A DNA stretch of 64,000 nucleotides, taken from the human T2T-CHM13v2.0 reference genome, Homo sapiens. Below, piece after piece: positions 1-25,099 of the stretch. The translations under genes and the position numbers were made by a program. How positions within the stretch are numbered: position 1 is the stretch's first letter; each line of letters begins with the position of its first letter. The notes beneath the pieces are model-generated. The model did no database searches. It was not told the origin of the DNA and was given only the letters and a program-made list of their open reading frames with translations. The stretch lies in the NCBI RefSeq assembly GCF_009914755.1, contig NC_060937.1; one strand, written 5' to 3'.

Positions 1-602
1 TTGTTAAACTGCTATTGGTAAGAAGAAAAAAAAATCAGTTTGTGTGACTGCACAGTTAACTGATATTTGGTTTGAAGACAAATTACCACTTAAGGTTGTG
101 GTATTTGATAGCGATAAGACAGAAGGTATGAACAAGTGGAATATGAATTTAAAAATCAATTCAACGATTTATGCTTGACCTCACAGCCTTGTTTGTTTGT
201 TTGTAGAAGTGGTCTAATTATTGACTGGTAAATTAATAAAATTTACCATTCCCAGCAAACAAAATATACAATAGGTTAATATATAAATAACACTGTGCCA
301 AATCACAGTTTTTTGTGAAGGTGAAGGGAAAGGCTTCATCATCACTTCCTGAACACAGGTCTGGGTTCACCCAAAGGGAGCTGACAAATGAGACAGCAAA
401 GGCACCTTTCACCAGGGTGGTGAAAACCTTGATTGTATCCTAGACTGGGATAAGAGAAACTCTGTTCATTTGTAATTCACAGACTGGGGCTGGAATCTTC
501 AAACGGTATTGTCTGTAGGCATAGTCGGAGGAGCTTGTTAAAAAAGCACATTCCTTAATCACTTATCTCAGAGATTCTGAGTACAAAATCTGCGATGGCT
601 CG

Positions 603-1282
<680 letters not shown>

Positions 1283-1676
1283 TTTAGTGGAAATTTCAAA
1301 GCATTCACAAAAGTAAAGAGATTAATATTATGAACCCACATGCCCATCACCCTGCTTCAACAATTAACAACTGATGATTCTTGCCTGCCTCCACTGCCCC
1401 ATTATTCTGAAGCAAATCTCAGATATCATTTTTGTCTGTATTTCAGTATTTATTTCTAAAAAATAAGGACATTAAAAAATAAAAGGTATCCAGATTAGAA
1501 AGGAAGAAGTAAAATTATATTGATTTCATGTGACATGATCTTCTCCATAGAAAACCTAAATAATACACATGTACACACACAAAACTATTAGACCTAATAA
1601 ATGAGTCCAGTAGCAGGATAGAAAGGCAATAAGTAAAAATCAATGGTATTTCTATACACTAGCAGTGGAGCAATCT

Positions 1677-2105
1677 CATCTTAGTCCATTTTATGTTGCT
1701 ATATCAGAATAACTGAGACTGGGTAATTTATAAAGAAAAGAGGTTTATTTAGCTTATGATTCTGCAGGCTGGAAAGTTCAGGGGTATGGCACTGGCTTCT
1801 TGTGATGACTTTTCTGCTGCACCGTAACATGGTAGAAAGTCAAAGGGAGAGGAGGTTTGTATGGAAAAGGGACCAAACAGGAGAAGAAACCTCATTTTAT
1901 AACAACCTGGTCTCATAAGAATGAATCCATTCCTGAGAAAGCAAGAACTCCCTCACTCCCATAAGCTGGCCTTAGACTATTCCTGAGGGATCTTCCCCCA
2001 TTATTTAAACACTTTCCACTAGGCCTCACCTCCCAACATCGCCACATTGGGAATCAAATTTCAACATGAATTTTGGTAGGGACAAACCACATCCAAACCA
2101 TAGCA
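1677..2105. mobile_element. MaLR solo LTR (MSTB/MSTD-like)
   Basis: tcttagtccatttt...gagactgggtaatttataaagaaaagagg...caaaccatagca. 5-bp TSD AATCT at 1672-1676 and 2106-2110. Confidence 0.8.
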
Positions 2106-2533
2106 AATCTGAAAATAAAATTAATAAAAAAATCCACCTGATAACATCAAAAAGAGTAAAATACTTAGGGATAAATTAAAGCAAGAGGCATGAGACTTGT
2201 ACACTGAAAACTGCAAAACGTTTTTGAAAGAAATTAAAGTACATAGACCTAAATAAATGGAAATACATCTTTGTTCATGGATTGAATAATTTAATATTGT
2301 TACAATGAAAGTAATTCCAAAATTGATCTACAGATTCAATGCAACCCAATCAAAATTCCAAATTTTGAATTATGGAAATGGATAAGCTGGCCTTAAAATT
2401 CATATGGAATTGCAAGGGACCAGAATAGCTAAAACAATCTTGAAGAAAAAAAGTTGAATTATTAATTTCAAACTCTACTACGAAACTACAGTAATCAAGA
2501 TAGTATGATACTGGCATAAGAATAGAATCAATG

Positions 2534-3212
<679 letters not shown>

Positions 3213-3397
3213 AACCAATTGATTTTTCATAAGGGCACCTAGACAATTCACTGGAGAAAAAAATAGTCATTTCAACAAATGGTGCCAGGACAACTGCATA
3301 TCCACATGCAAAAAAATGGAGTTAGATCCTTCCTTGATACTATGTACAAAAATTAACTCAAAATGGATCAAAGACCTAAACATAAGAGCTAAAGCTA

Positions 3398-3840
3398 TGT
3401 ATTAGAGTTCTCTAGAGGGACAGAACTAATAGGATAAATGTATATATACAGGGGAGTTTATTAAGGAATATTAACTCACACGATCACAAGGCCTCACAAT
3501 AGGCTGTCTACAAGCTGAGGAGCAAGGAAGCCAGTCTGAGTTCCAAAGCTGAAGAACTGGGAGTCCAGTGTTCGAGGGCAGGAAGCATCCATCATGGGAG
3601 AAAGATGTAGGCCGGGAGGCTAAGCCAGTCTAGTCTTTTCATGTTCCTCTGCTTGTTTTTATTCTGGCCTTGCTGGCAGCTGATTAGATTGTGCCCACCC
3701 AGATTGAGGGTGGGTCTGCCTTTCCCAGTCCACTGACACAAATGTTAGTCTTCTTTGGCAACACCTTCACAGACACACCCAGGAACAATACTTTGCATCC
3801 TTCAATCCAATCAAGTTGGCACTTGGTACTCACCATCACA
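3398..3840. mobile_element. MLT2A-type (HERV-L) solo LTR
   Basis: TGTATTAGAGTTCTCTAGAGGGACAGAACTAATAGG...CCATCACA termini. Approximate 5-bp TSD agcta/aggta inside L1. Confidence 0.85.
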
Positions 3841-4181
3841 AGGTATAAAACTCCTTAGAAGAAAACAGAAGGGTGAATCTTTGTGATCTTGGATTTGGTA
3901 ATGTTTCTTAGATATGACAGTAAGAGCACAAGCAACAAAAGAAAACATAGATAAATTAGACTTCATCAAAATTCAAAGCTTTTGTACATCAAAGGAGTGT
4001 CAAGAAAGCACAAAGACAGCACAGAATGGAAGAAAATATTTGCAAATCATATATTTAGTAAGGATTAGTCCTCAGAATATATAAGAAATCTTACAACTCA
4101 ACAATAAAAAGACAAATAACCCAATTAAAACATAAAGATCTGAATAAACATGTATAGAAAAAGTATATAAAAATAGCAATA

Positions 4182-4497
4182 AGACTGGACGTGGTGGCTC
4201 ATGCCTGTAATCCCAGCACTTTGGGGGGCCGAGGTGGGCGGATGACCTGAGTTCAAGACCAGCCTGATCAATATGGTGAAACCCCGTCTCTATGAAAAAC
4301 ACAAAAAAATTAGATGGGCCTGGTGGCACACACCTGTAGTCCTAGCCACTCAGGAGGCAGAGGTGGGAGGATGGCTTGAGTGGGGAAGGCAGAAGTTGCA
4401 GTGAGCCAAGATTGTACCACTGCACACCAGCCTGGGAGACAGAGCAAGACCCTGGCAAAAAAAGAAAAGAAAAAAGGAAGGAAGGAAGAAGAAAGAG

Positions 4498-4536
<39 letters not shown>

Positions 4537-4537
4537 A
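4182..4537 (+). mobile_element. AluJ/S SINE with (AAAG)n tail
   Basis: Alu body followed by a GA-rich microsatellite at about 4457-4537. Confidence 0.85.
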
Positions 4538-4539
4538 AA

Positions 4540-9250
<4,711 letters not shown>

Positions 9251-9284
9251 TAATCAGAGGGTGTCAATCAGCAAGCACCTTTAA

Positions 9285-10227
<943 letters not shown>

Positions 10228-10685
10228 CCAGGAGCAGTTTATCATGCATTTCTGTGTGATCGGCTAAGGTGAACTTCAGTGAAAACCATGCAATACATTT
10301 GTGGAAAATCTACTCTTGTTTTGGTACCACAAAAATACTGAGGCTCATACCAAAAGTGAGGAATTTGAGGATTATTCTCTTTTAATAGAAAAGGATATTA
10401 CTGTAACAACGAAATACTAGCAAATCACCAGGTCCAGATGGGAGGCACGGTGGAACATTGAAGGAGGTGACAGAAAAGAACTGAGGCAGATGCCTCCTCT
10501 TCTGGTCTGGTTTCTTGAGCAACTGTTGTTTTCCATTGTCCTGCACTTTGCCATCATCCCTTCATCCAACTCCTCTGAATTCAGAATAATTGCTGAAGTC
10601 TGTCTGGCAGATCCTTAAGAGGAGTTTCCAATCTTTACATGCTTCTGAAATAAATTTCAGCAAAACACCTCTCAGTCTGGCTAGG

Positions 10686-11480
10686 CAGGGATTCTGAATC
10701 TTTTCTGAGCCATGAACCCCTTTGACAGTCCAGGGAAGTCTGTGGATGCTTCTCAGAAGATTTTCTAATGCATAAAATAAAATACATATGATTACAAAGG
10801 AAACCAATGTTATTGAAATAACCACGACCATGTGTATTAGTCCATTCTCCCGCTGCCCATAAAGACATACCTGAGGCTGGGTAATTTAAAAAAGAAAGAG
10901 GTTTAATTAACTCACAGTTCAGCATGACAGGTGAGGCCTCAGGAAACTTACAACCTCGGTGAAAGGGGAAAAAAACGTCCTTCTTCACAGGGTGGCAGGA
11001 AGGAGAATGAGTTCCAGCGAAGGGGGAGGCCCCTTATAAACCATCAGATCTCGTGAGAACTCACTATCACAGGAACAGAATGAGGGAAACCACCCCCATG
11101 ATTCAATTACCTCCACTTGGTCCCTCCCAGGACACATGGAGATTATGGGAACTACAATTCAAAATGAGATTTGGGTGGGGACACAGCCAAACCATATCTT
11201 CATACATTTTAAAAATCTGGTTATGTAGTGATATGTGTGTGTGTGTGTGTGTATTTCTTTATTCATGCATTAGGATCTGATGGGAGATCTAGCAACTTCC
11301 ATAGTTTTGAAGTAAGATTAACCATAAATGGTATTTGAAGAATAACTACAACAATTATAATGTCATATGAAAATATCTACGATTTCTCTGGGAGACAAAG
11401 TCACAGGTACTGCTAATATACTTGGATGTGCTGCCTACATTCATAACAAAAGAGAATGCTGAATTTCAGCTAGAAATCCC
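10686..11480. mobile_element. hAT-Charlie DNA transposon fossil (MER119-like), split by a THE1 LTR
   Basis: caggggattc...gaacccctttgacagtc...tgcataaaataaaatacata...acaaaggaaaccaat matches a recalled consensus. Confidence 0.55.
10833..11199. mobile_element. THE1 (C/D-like) MaLR solo LTR
   Basis: tgtattagtccattctc...gaggcctcaggaaacttacaa...gggtggggacacagccaaaccatatc. Confidence 0.88.
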
Positions 11481-11753
11481 TAGACTTGTGTCCCTTTCAT
11501 GAAGGGGCAGCAAGGTAAAAGGCTTAATGTAGAAGTGAATATTAGGCATGATTACAATATATGGCAGGTCATTTGGTTTCCTTCCAAATGCAATGACATT
11601 TCTGGAGTAATCAGTAAATATTTTTCAAAAATTTGGAAAAAAGGAGAAGTCTGGCTAACAAAAGACAGCTTTAATAAATCCTAACCAGATTAAAAAAAAA
11701 ACAAAACAAAACAGAAAACCCCCAAAGCCATATATTTTTGCAGTCAATGCTTA

Positions 11754-12143
<390 letters not shown>

Positions 12144-13003
12144 TCAAATAATCTGTTTTCTACTGTTATAATTGACTTATCTAGATCCTAGAGCTCCTAG
12201 GTTCATTTTGGTAGGTAATGGTAACTGCCAAAGAATTCTGAAGTGATTAGGATTACCTATTCTCCCGTATCTCACTACCAGCTTATAAGGAAAGCAAGTC
12301 TCAGCCCAAATTCAGACACACACACACAGATAGTTACTAGACAGACATTTATTAGCAAAGCAAGCACAAAACAGTTCATAAAACCTATTCTGTAAGCTTA
12401 AAGAAGTTCTAGCACTCTCTCTTTTTTGTTGCTCTGTCCAGACCCTTGCTGTGGTAGTTGCAACAACATTCCTAGGATGCAAAGGTTGGCCCCTGGGCTG
12501 AGTAACCCTCACAACTCAGGCCAGACCCCAAAAGTACAGTTTGCAGGCCTCTCCACTCTTTGCAAGAGACCAATCCATACTCAAATGTCTTTAATTTCAC
12601 CAAATGGTGCCCTATTTCTATCATTTATCTTGCCAAATAACAAGACACTATTTTCATCAATAAAAGCCCATTTTTGATACCTAGTATGCTTGTTAGAGAA
12701 GTTGAGGTTGCTGATGGAGACAGAGAACAGAGGGACCAGTCAAAACCACCTGAAAAGGATCTTCCCTCTGATGAGATGCTAGCTGACCACTCCTGCACTA
12801 TGCATTCTTCTCTCTGCCCCAACATTTTATTACAAAAATTCAACAGCAAACTTGACAATGAACACCAATATGCCGCCAGCTACATCAAGAGTTCTCAAAT
12901 TTTAACTAGTACCAGAATCACCTGGAAAGCTGGTCAAAACACAGATTGCTGGGCCTCCCCCAGAGTCTCTGATTCAGTGGGTCTGACCTGAAAATGTGCA
13001 TTT

Positions 13004-13343
<340 letters not shown>

Positions 13344-13352
13344 TAGTAAGTT

Positions 13353-13883
13353 AGTTAGCTTCCTTCCTTCTTTCTTTCTTTCTGAGCCAAAGATTTATTT
13401 CTTCATTTCTTGCATTTGAAGTACTCTTCGAGGGACATCCTTGGCCTGAGATTCCTTGCCATAGTCCTTAACTACTACACAACTGCAACCAACCACTTTA
13501 CGGGGTTTCCCCTCTCTGTCAGTTTTACAGAGACCTACCCATTCCCCTACTTTCTTGTTGTCATCAACCTTAATGAAGTTGATTTGGTGTTTAGCACAAA
13601 TGGCTTCCACCAACTTGACATACACAGTCTCATCACAGTTGGATGCAAGCACATAAAGATGGGCTTGGCCCTTGTCTAAGGGTTTGGCAGCTTCGTGAAT
13701 TCCACGTGCTAGGCCATCGTGGATGAGGGTGGTCTTCAGCACCTCTTGTAAAGCAGTATTAATGTCCATTACACCTCCAGCAGCAATGCCTTCCTTGGCC
13801 ATGGCGGTGGGTTACCGGTGAAGCCCAATCTTGATCTCACCCAAGCCTCCGCCTCCGCTTGACTCGGCAGCGGCAGGGAAAGA
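13353..13883 (-). pseudogene. RPS12P23: Processed pseudogene of 40S ribosomal protein S12 (ORF 13395-13802)
   Basis: Intronless [27 protein letters not shown]...[21 protein letters not shown]. 5' UTR begins with the TOP-like CTTTCCC. AATAAA and a decayed A-tail are present. 17-bp TSD tgcatttctagtaagtt at 13336-13352 and 13885-13901. C-terminal +1 frameshift. The pseudogene number is from recall. Confidence 0.95.
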
Positions 13884-14029
13884 ATGCATTTCTAGTAAGT
13901 TTCTAGGTGATACCGATGCTGTTGGTTCCTGCACATCACTTTGAAAACCGCAGACCTTGGTTCTGGTTTTGCTGTATTTATATCATCTCACATCTATCCA
14001 CTAATCCCTCCATCCACCCATTCATCAGT

Positions 14030-14708
<679 letters not shown>

Positions 14709-14861
14709 GTGGACTGTGCAGTCTTTTTCTAAAGTTTATTGAAATATAATTTACATATGGTAAAATTCACTTTTTTTGCATATAATTCTATGAGTTTTGG
14801 CAAATACATACTGTTAGGCACCAAAATCAAGACACACAGCATTTCCCTTGATAAAAAATGT

Positions 14862-17320
<2,459 letters not shown>

Positions 17321-17719
17321 CAACCATTAACCAGGACCCCCTTAGTGGAGAGGGGAAAGGGTTGGGCTGTGAGTAATAACAATAACAACAAGAATAATAT
17401 TTTAGAGCAAGTTTTGTTGTGCAGAGAGACTTTCATAGACATTTCTCCTGTGGTCTTTGTAGTATTGCTGTAAGATCATTATTTTCACCATCATGGTTTT
17501 GCCATAAGAAAATTAAGGCTCTGTGGCGTGAAAGTGGCTTGCTCAAGGATGCTCAGTAGGTGTTACAGCCTAGCTTCTCTTCCCACACAACCTCCCATTA
17601 GACAGAGAGACCCTTCAATCTAGGTGCTGCTGAGGAACTTGAAAGCAAGTGGGACACCACCTCAATCATTTCAGATGGTGAGACCCCAAGGAGGAATGCT
17701 CACATGAAAATGCCAAAAG

Positions 17720-17890
17720 GCCAGTGGACTTTAATGCTCATAAGAATTTCCAAGACACATTTGCTTATAATAAAGATTTTTGGGTCCCAAACCCTGGCAT
17801 GCTTGTTCAATAAGGCTCAGGTGGGAACCCCAAAAATCTACATGCTTGTTTAGAGTTCCAGGTGATCCTGATACAGGTAGTCCTAAGAAC
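17720..17890. mobile_element. MER5-like MITE
   Basis: ccaggtgatcctgatacaggtagtcc...accac...tttgg motif. Confidence 0.55.
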
Positions 17891-18105
17891 CACAAATTTG
17901 GATACACTGGTGTGGAAGAAGATACGGGACCTTCAGCCACAGGTCCAGCTGATGAAATGAAATTCATGGCGGCTGTTCAGAAAGTTGTTTGACCTTAGGC
18001 AATTGAAGAAGCCTAGAGAGGTGGTATGTGCACAAAGTGGAATACTACAGAATTATAAAACATCATGCTATAGCAGATTTAATGACATGTCAATATGCTT
18101 GTTAG

Positions 18106-19205
<1,100 letters not shown>

Positions 19206-19800
19206 GATAATATGCATGTATTGATAACTTCAAGATAGATACCGGCATGTGTGCCTGTGTCTGTATATATGTAATATTAAGGACATTTTCTTGAAAATGA
19301 AAGCATCTTCTAAGGGAAAAAAGAAAAGTTTTCCCAGCAGCCCTAGCTGGGAAAGCATTAATAAGGTCAAGTAGCTCTTCCAGAGCAAGCCTCTCCTCGC
19401 TGCGGTGCAGGGACAAGTACTGACTGCTGAGGACTCCCAGCTTCCTGGACACCTTGATGCCCCCACGGCACAGGAGGGCCCTTCTGTTGGTGACCTGGCT
19501 CAGCTCTTCTCAGAGAAAGCGAGGCCCATCCCGCAGGCACGGGATGCTTCAGTGGTGGAGAATTAAAGCAAATGGAAAAGCGTCTTCTGAAAAGATGTGC
19601 TTTCCTGTCATGCTGTCCTGAATTTGTGATCCAAATCTTCTCAGACAGCTTTAGACATTAGTGAAAGCATCAGTCTTAAGAAAACTTGTTCATGTTTCCA
19701 GGGAAATGTCTTATTTTCATGCACGGGTTAAAATTCCACACATTTCTGACAATTAAATGTCAGAAATCTATCATTTTGTCTCAATTTAAGGAAATATCTT

Positions 19801-20510
19801 TGTTAGAGATTCAACTGTGTTCCCAGAAAGGTTGGAGTTCTAACGTCCAGTAAGTTCAGAATGTGACCTCTTTTGGAAATGGGGTCTTTGCAGAGGTAAT
19901 CAAGAAAAAATGAGGTTAATCCAATATGACTGGTGTCCTTATAAGAAGGGGATATTTGGGCCGGGCACGGTGGCTCACACCTGTAATCCCAGCACTGTGG
20001 GAGGCCGAGGCAGGCAGATCACCTGAGGTCAGGAGTTCGAGACCAGCCTGACCAACATGGTGAAACTCCATCTCTATTAAAAATACAAAAAAATTAGCCA
20101 GGCATGGTGGCGCACTTGGCAGGCTGAGACACGAGAATTGCTTGAGCCCCGGGGTGGAGGTTGCGGTGAGCCGAGATCACCCCACTGCACTCCAGCCTGG
20201 GCAACAGAGTGAGACTCTGACTCAAACAACAACAACAACAACAAAAAAAAAAAAAAAAAAAGAGGCTATCTGGACAAAGATAGGCAGAGACAGGGTGATG
20301 TTTGTACAAGCTGAGCAACACCGAAGGTTACCAGCAACCACCAGAAGCTGGGGGAGAAGCCTAGAACGGATTCCCCTCCCAGTCGCAGGAGTCAACCCTG
20401 CCCATACTTTGATCTTGGACTTCCAGCCTCCAGAACTGTGGGGGAAGTAAACGTTGTTTAAGCTACCTCGTGTACAATGGCACTTTGTTCTCGCAGCCCA
20501 GGCAAACAGT
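19801..20510 (+). mobile_element. MLT1 (B/C-like) MaLR LTR with an Alu (19958-20262) inserted
   Basis: aatgtgacctcttttggaaatggggtctttgcagaggtaatcaag...gacttccagcctccagaactgtg. Confidence 0.8.
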
Positions 20511-22362
20511 ACCTTTATTCTGTCTTGAAAAAATTATTATAATGGCAATATATAATCATTGTAAAACATTTCGGAAAATGAAGGAAAGTATGTGTTTGTC
20601 CATTTGGTTGTTATAACAAAATAAACACAAGAAAATTATTTCTGGCATTACTGGAGGCTGGGAAGTCCAAGAGCAAGGCATTGGTTGGCAGATTCCATGC
20701 CTGGTGAGGGTCCACTTCTTGGTTCCTAGACAGCCCTCTCCTCACTGTGTCCTCACATGGCCAAAGAAGTGAGGGTCTCTGGGGGCCTCTTTTTTTTTTT
20801 TTATTTATTCAAACAAGTATAATTCTCAAGTTATCACAAAATATCCCCCCCCCAAATTTACAGTCAGCAAAATAGCTTCCTTATTTCTCATGTATCATTT
20901 TCATATAATTCCATGGTTTCACTAATATTATATGTTACAATAAGCCTCCACTAGTCCCTCAAAACGATGATATAAATAATCAGTCTGTACAACCTAGCCT
21001 AGAGTAAAAAACTGAAACCAAGTTTCCCAACGTTTTTCATAGCAGCCGGGCACACTTTGGTGACCCCAACGAGAAACCTCTCGGCAGCAGACAGGAGCTG
21101 TTCACCTTCCGGAAGCAGGGCCTGTGGCAGCCTGACAGGGAGAGGCCATGGGGCCCAAAAACGCAACTTGTTTCAAGGCAAACCTGAGGGAGGAACTTGG
21201 TCTGGGAGGAAGAGAAAACTAGCTCCTCAACCACCCCAAACACCGGAGTGTCAGGAAAGCAGTGAGCTGTCAGGGCACACTGTCCTGCCCGGACACAGCA
21301 GCTCAGCCAGTCACAGCTCCACCTCCAGCTTCTACAGCAGCAATTTCCAGTGGGAAAGAACACCTCATCTCCCCCTCATGTGAAAGATAAAATCGTAAAG
21401 CAAAAAAATTGGTCAATGCTCGCATGAATGGTGTCCATCCTGACCTGAGTCTCGCACTCCCTGCTGCCCCACCTGGAGCTGTGGGCTTCAGCACCTCCAC
21501 AGGGACCCTGAGTCTACATTGCTCAGAAGTGGCATCTACATGACTGTGAGGTCATGCTCTGCAGCAAGGTACCACCTAAAAACCTGTGTTGATATGTGGC
21601 TTGCACTGAAAAAGTGACCATGTAACTCAGCTGGGGAAAGTTCCAGTAGTATCCATGTTTTCTTAAAAGTCCAAACTGTAAAATGTATGTGACAAGTCAA
21701 GTTTTCTATGTTAAGAGTCTGGTGGTAGCAGATCAAACCTTAGGTCTTAGAATAAGGCTTTTCGCATTAGATAATCAGAGACGAGCACTGGTTGGGAAGG
21801 AAGAACTACCCAGAAGGTCTTCCCAGGGCTTAACGGACACTTCCATTTTAAGAATGAGAGCAGCTTCCTGGGACACAGCACTCATGTCCTACATTTCTTT
21901 TCCAGGAAGATGTTTCTAGTGCTCTTCAAATGCATGTCTCCAAGAGGCAATCCCACCTCAACAGGGGTTAAAAGCAAAAACATTCACAACCAAAGGTCAC
22001 CCAACCCAACAGAAAATAGCTCTATCATTCAACCTTCACATTCTATGTTCAAGTTTCAAAGACACTGCAGGGAAAAAGTTAGATCTTGTGGAGAACTAAT
22101 GTGCAATCTTCACTTTCCTTGAACCGAGTCGACATCATGGTATTGTCTTTGGCACGTACAGTCTTTGAATAGTAGTTGATGATCTTGCCATCCAGTTTAT
22201 ACTGATAGGGAATGCTCTCGTAGGGCTTGAGGTCAAGGTCCACCACAGACATGGAGAAAGCAACCCTGGGCCTCGATGAAGGGATGACAGGCCTTTGATC
22301 AGATCTGGCATCCTGCAGACACGGAGAGAGTGCAATCATGATGGAGCAGTCCTTGGCAGTCA

Positions 22363-22723
<361 letters not shown>

Positions 22724-22810
22724 CTACACACAGAATCGGCCGATGGTGCTCTGAAAAGTGGTAGGTCTGAAGTCTGGTTAAATGGAGAAGGCACATACTG
22801 TAACCACTGA

Positions 22811-23172
<362 letters not shown>

Positions 23173-24218
23173 CAGATTGTATCTTTAAACGAAGCTGTTT
23201 CACAAACTCTAAAGGTGGCTGAACAACTTCCCCACAATGAACATAGTTCTCCCCCAAAAACTCCATGACATTTTTGCCAAAGTCCACTATGTTCTGCAGG
23301 TGCTGAAATATCTCTTCCGAGGTCTTCTTCCTATTTGGAGGAAACTTCAGAAAACTCAGCGAGACACAGCGCTGCACGTGTGGTAGGTACCCTCATTAAT
23401 TCGCGTCCATTAGCCCCTCTTCCATGCCCTGGCGCAGCCCTGGCGCCTCGCGGGCTGGGACGCGGGAGCGCGAGCTGGGGCGCGGGAACGCGAGCTGGTG
23501 GCTGCCCGCCTCGCTGGGCACCAGCCACTGCCATCGGGAGAGGAGTGCCTGTCAGCTGCCGCCACCCACTCGACCCTGCCGCCGCGACTCGCAAGCTGTG
23601 GCCCTTTGGGGCTTCTTTTATAAGGGCACAAATCCTATTCATGGAGGCTCCACCCTCATGACCTAATCACCTTCCACAGGCCCCACCTCCTGCTACCATC
23701 ACACTGAGGGTTAGGATTTCAACACGTGAATGGGGCTGGGGTCACACAAACATTCACACTGGAGCACACACTTCCTTCTAGAAGGAAGAAAAGGAAAATC
23801 ACCGGTGCTACCACCAAGAGACTTACTCCTCTGTGAACTCATTTGCCCATTCAGCAAATCTCTGATGGAGCAGGTGCCGCGCTGGAGGCCAGGGAGGGGC
23901 GGTGCAGCAAACAGAGGCCTCGGCTTTGAGGAGTCAGGCAACAGAGTACAGTCAATCCACAAACACACCAGGTAGCTTAAGTGCGAGGAAGAGAGAGGAA
24001 GCAGGCATGAACCACAGCGCCCGGCCCAGAATGTACATTTTTAAAGTTTGCTACAGTTGTCTAGTGACCTTCCGGAAGGTCATGCTGATTTGCCCTCCAC
24101 ACGGCACTCTGTGGGTGTGCCTGTTTCCCTACATGCTTTCTAGTGCTATGTCCAGAAATCCATCTTCACCAGTCTTATTTTCACTGGCACTAGCCAATAT
24201 AGTTTAAAAAGGAGATTT

Positions 24219-24951
<733 letters not shown>

Positions 24952-25099
24952 CTAAAATGAAATACTTAACAGGTTAGAGAGTCAGAACTTAAACCTAGAA
25001 ATTCTGACTCCTGCTCCAGTGCTTTTTCCAGTTAAGCTGCTGTGGTTTTTTTTTTTTTAATTTTATTTATTAGTTTCCCTCTGCCTTCTTTTGTCTGTG

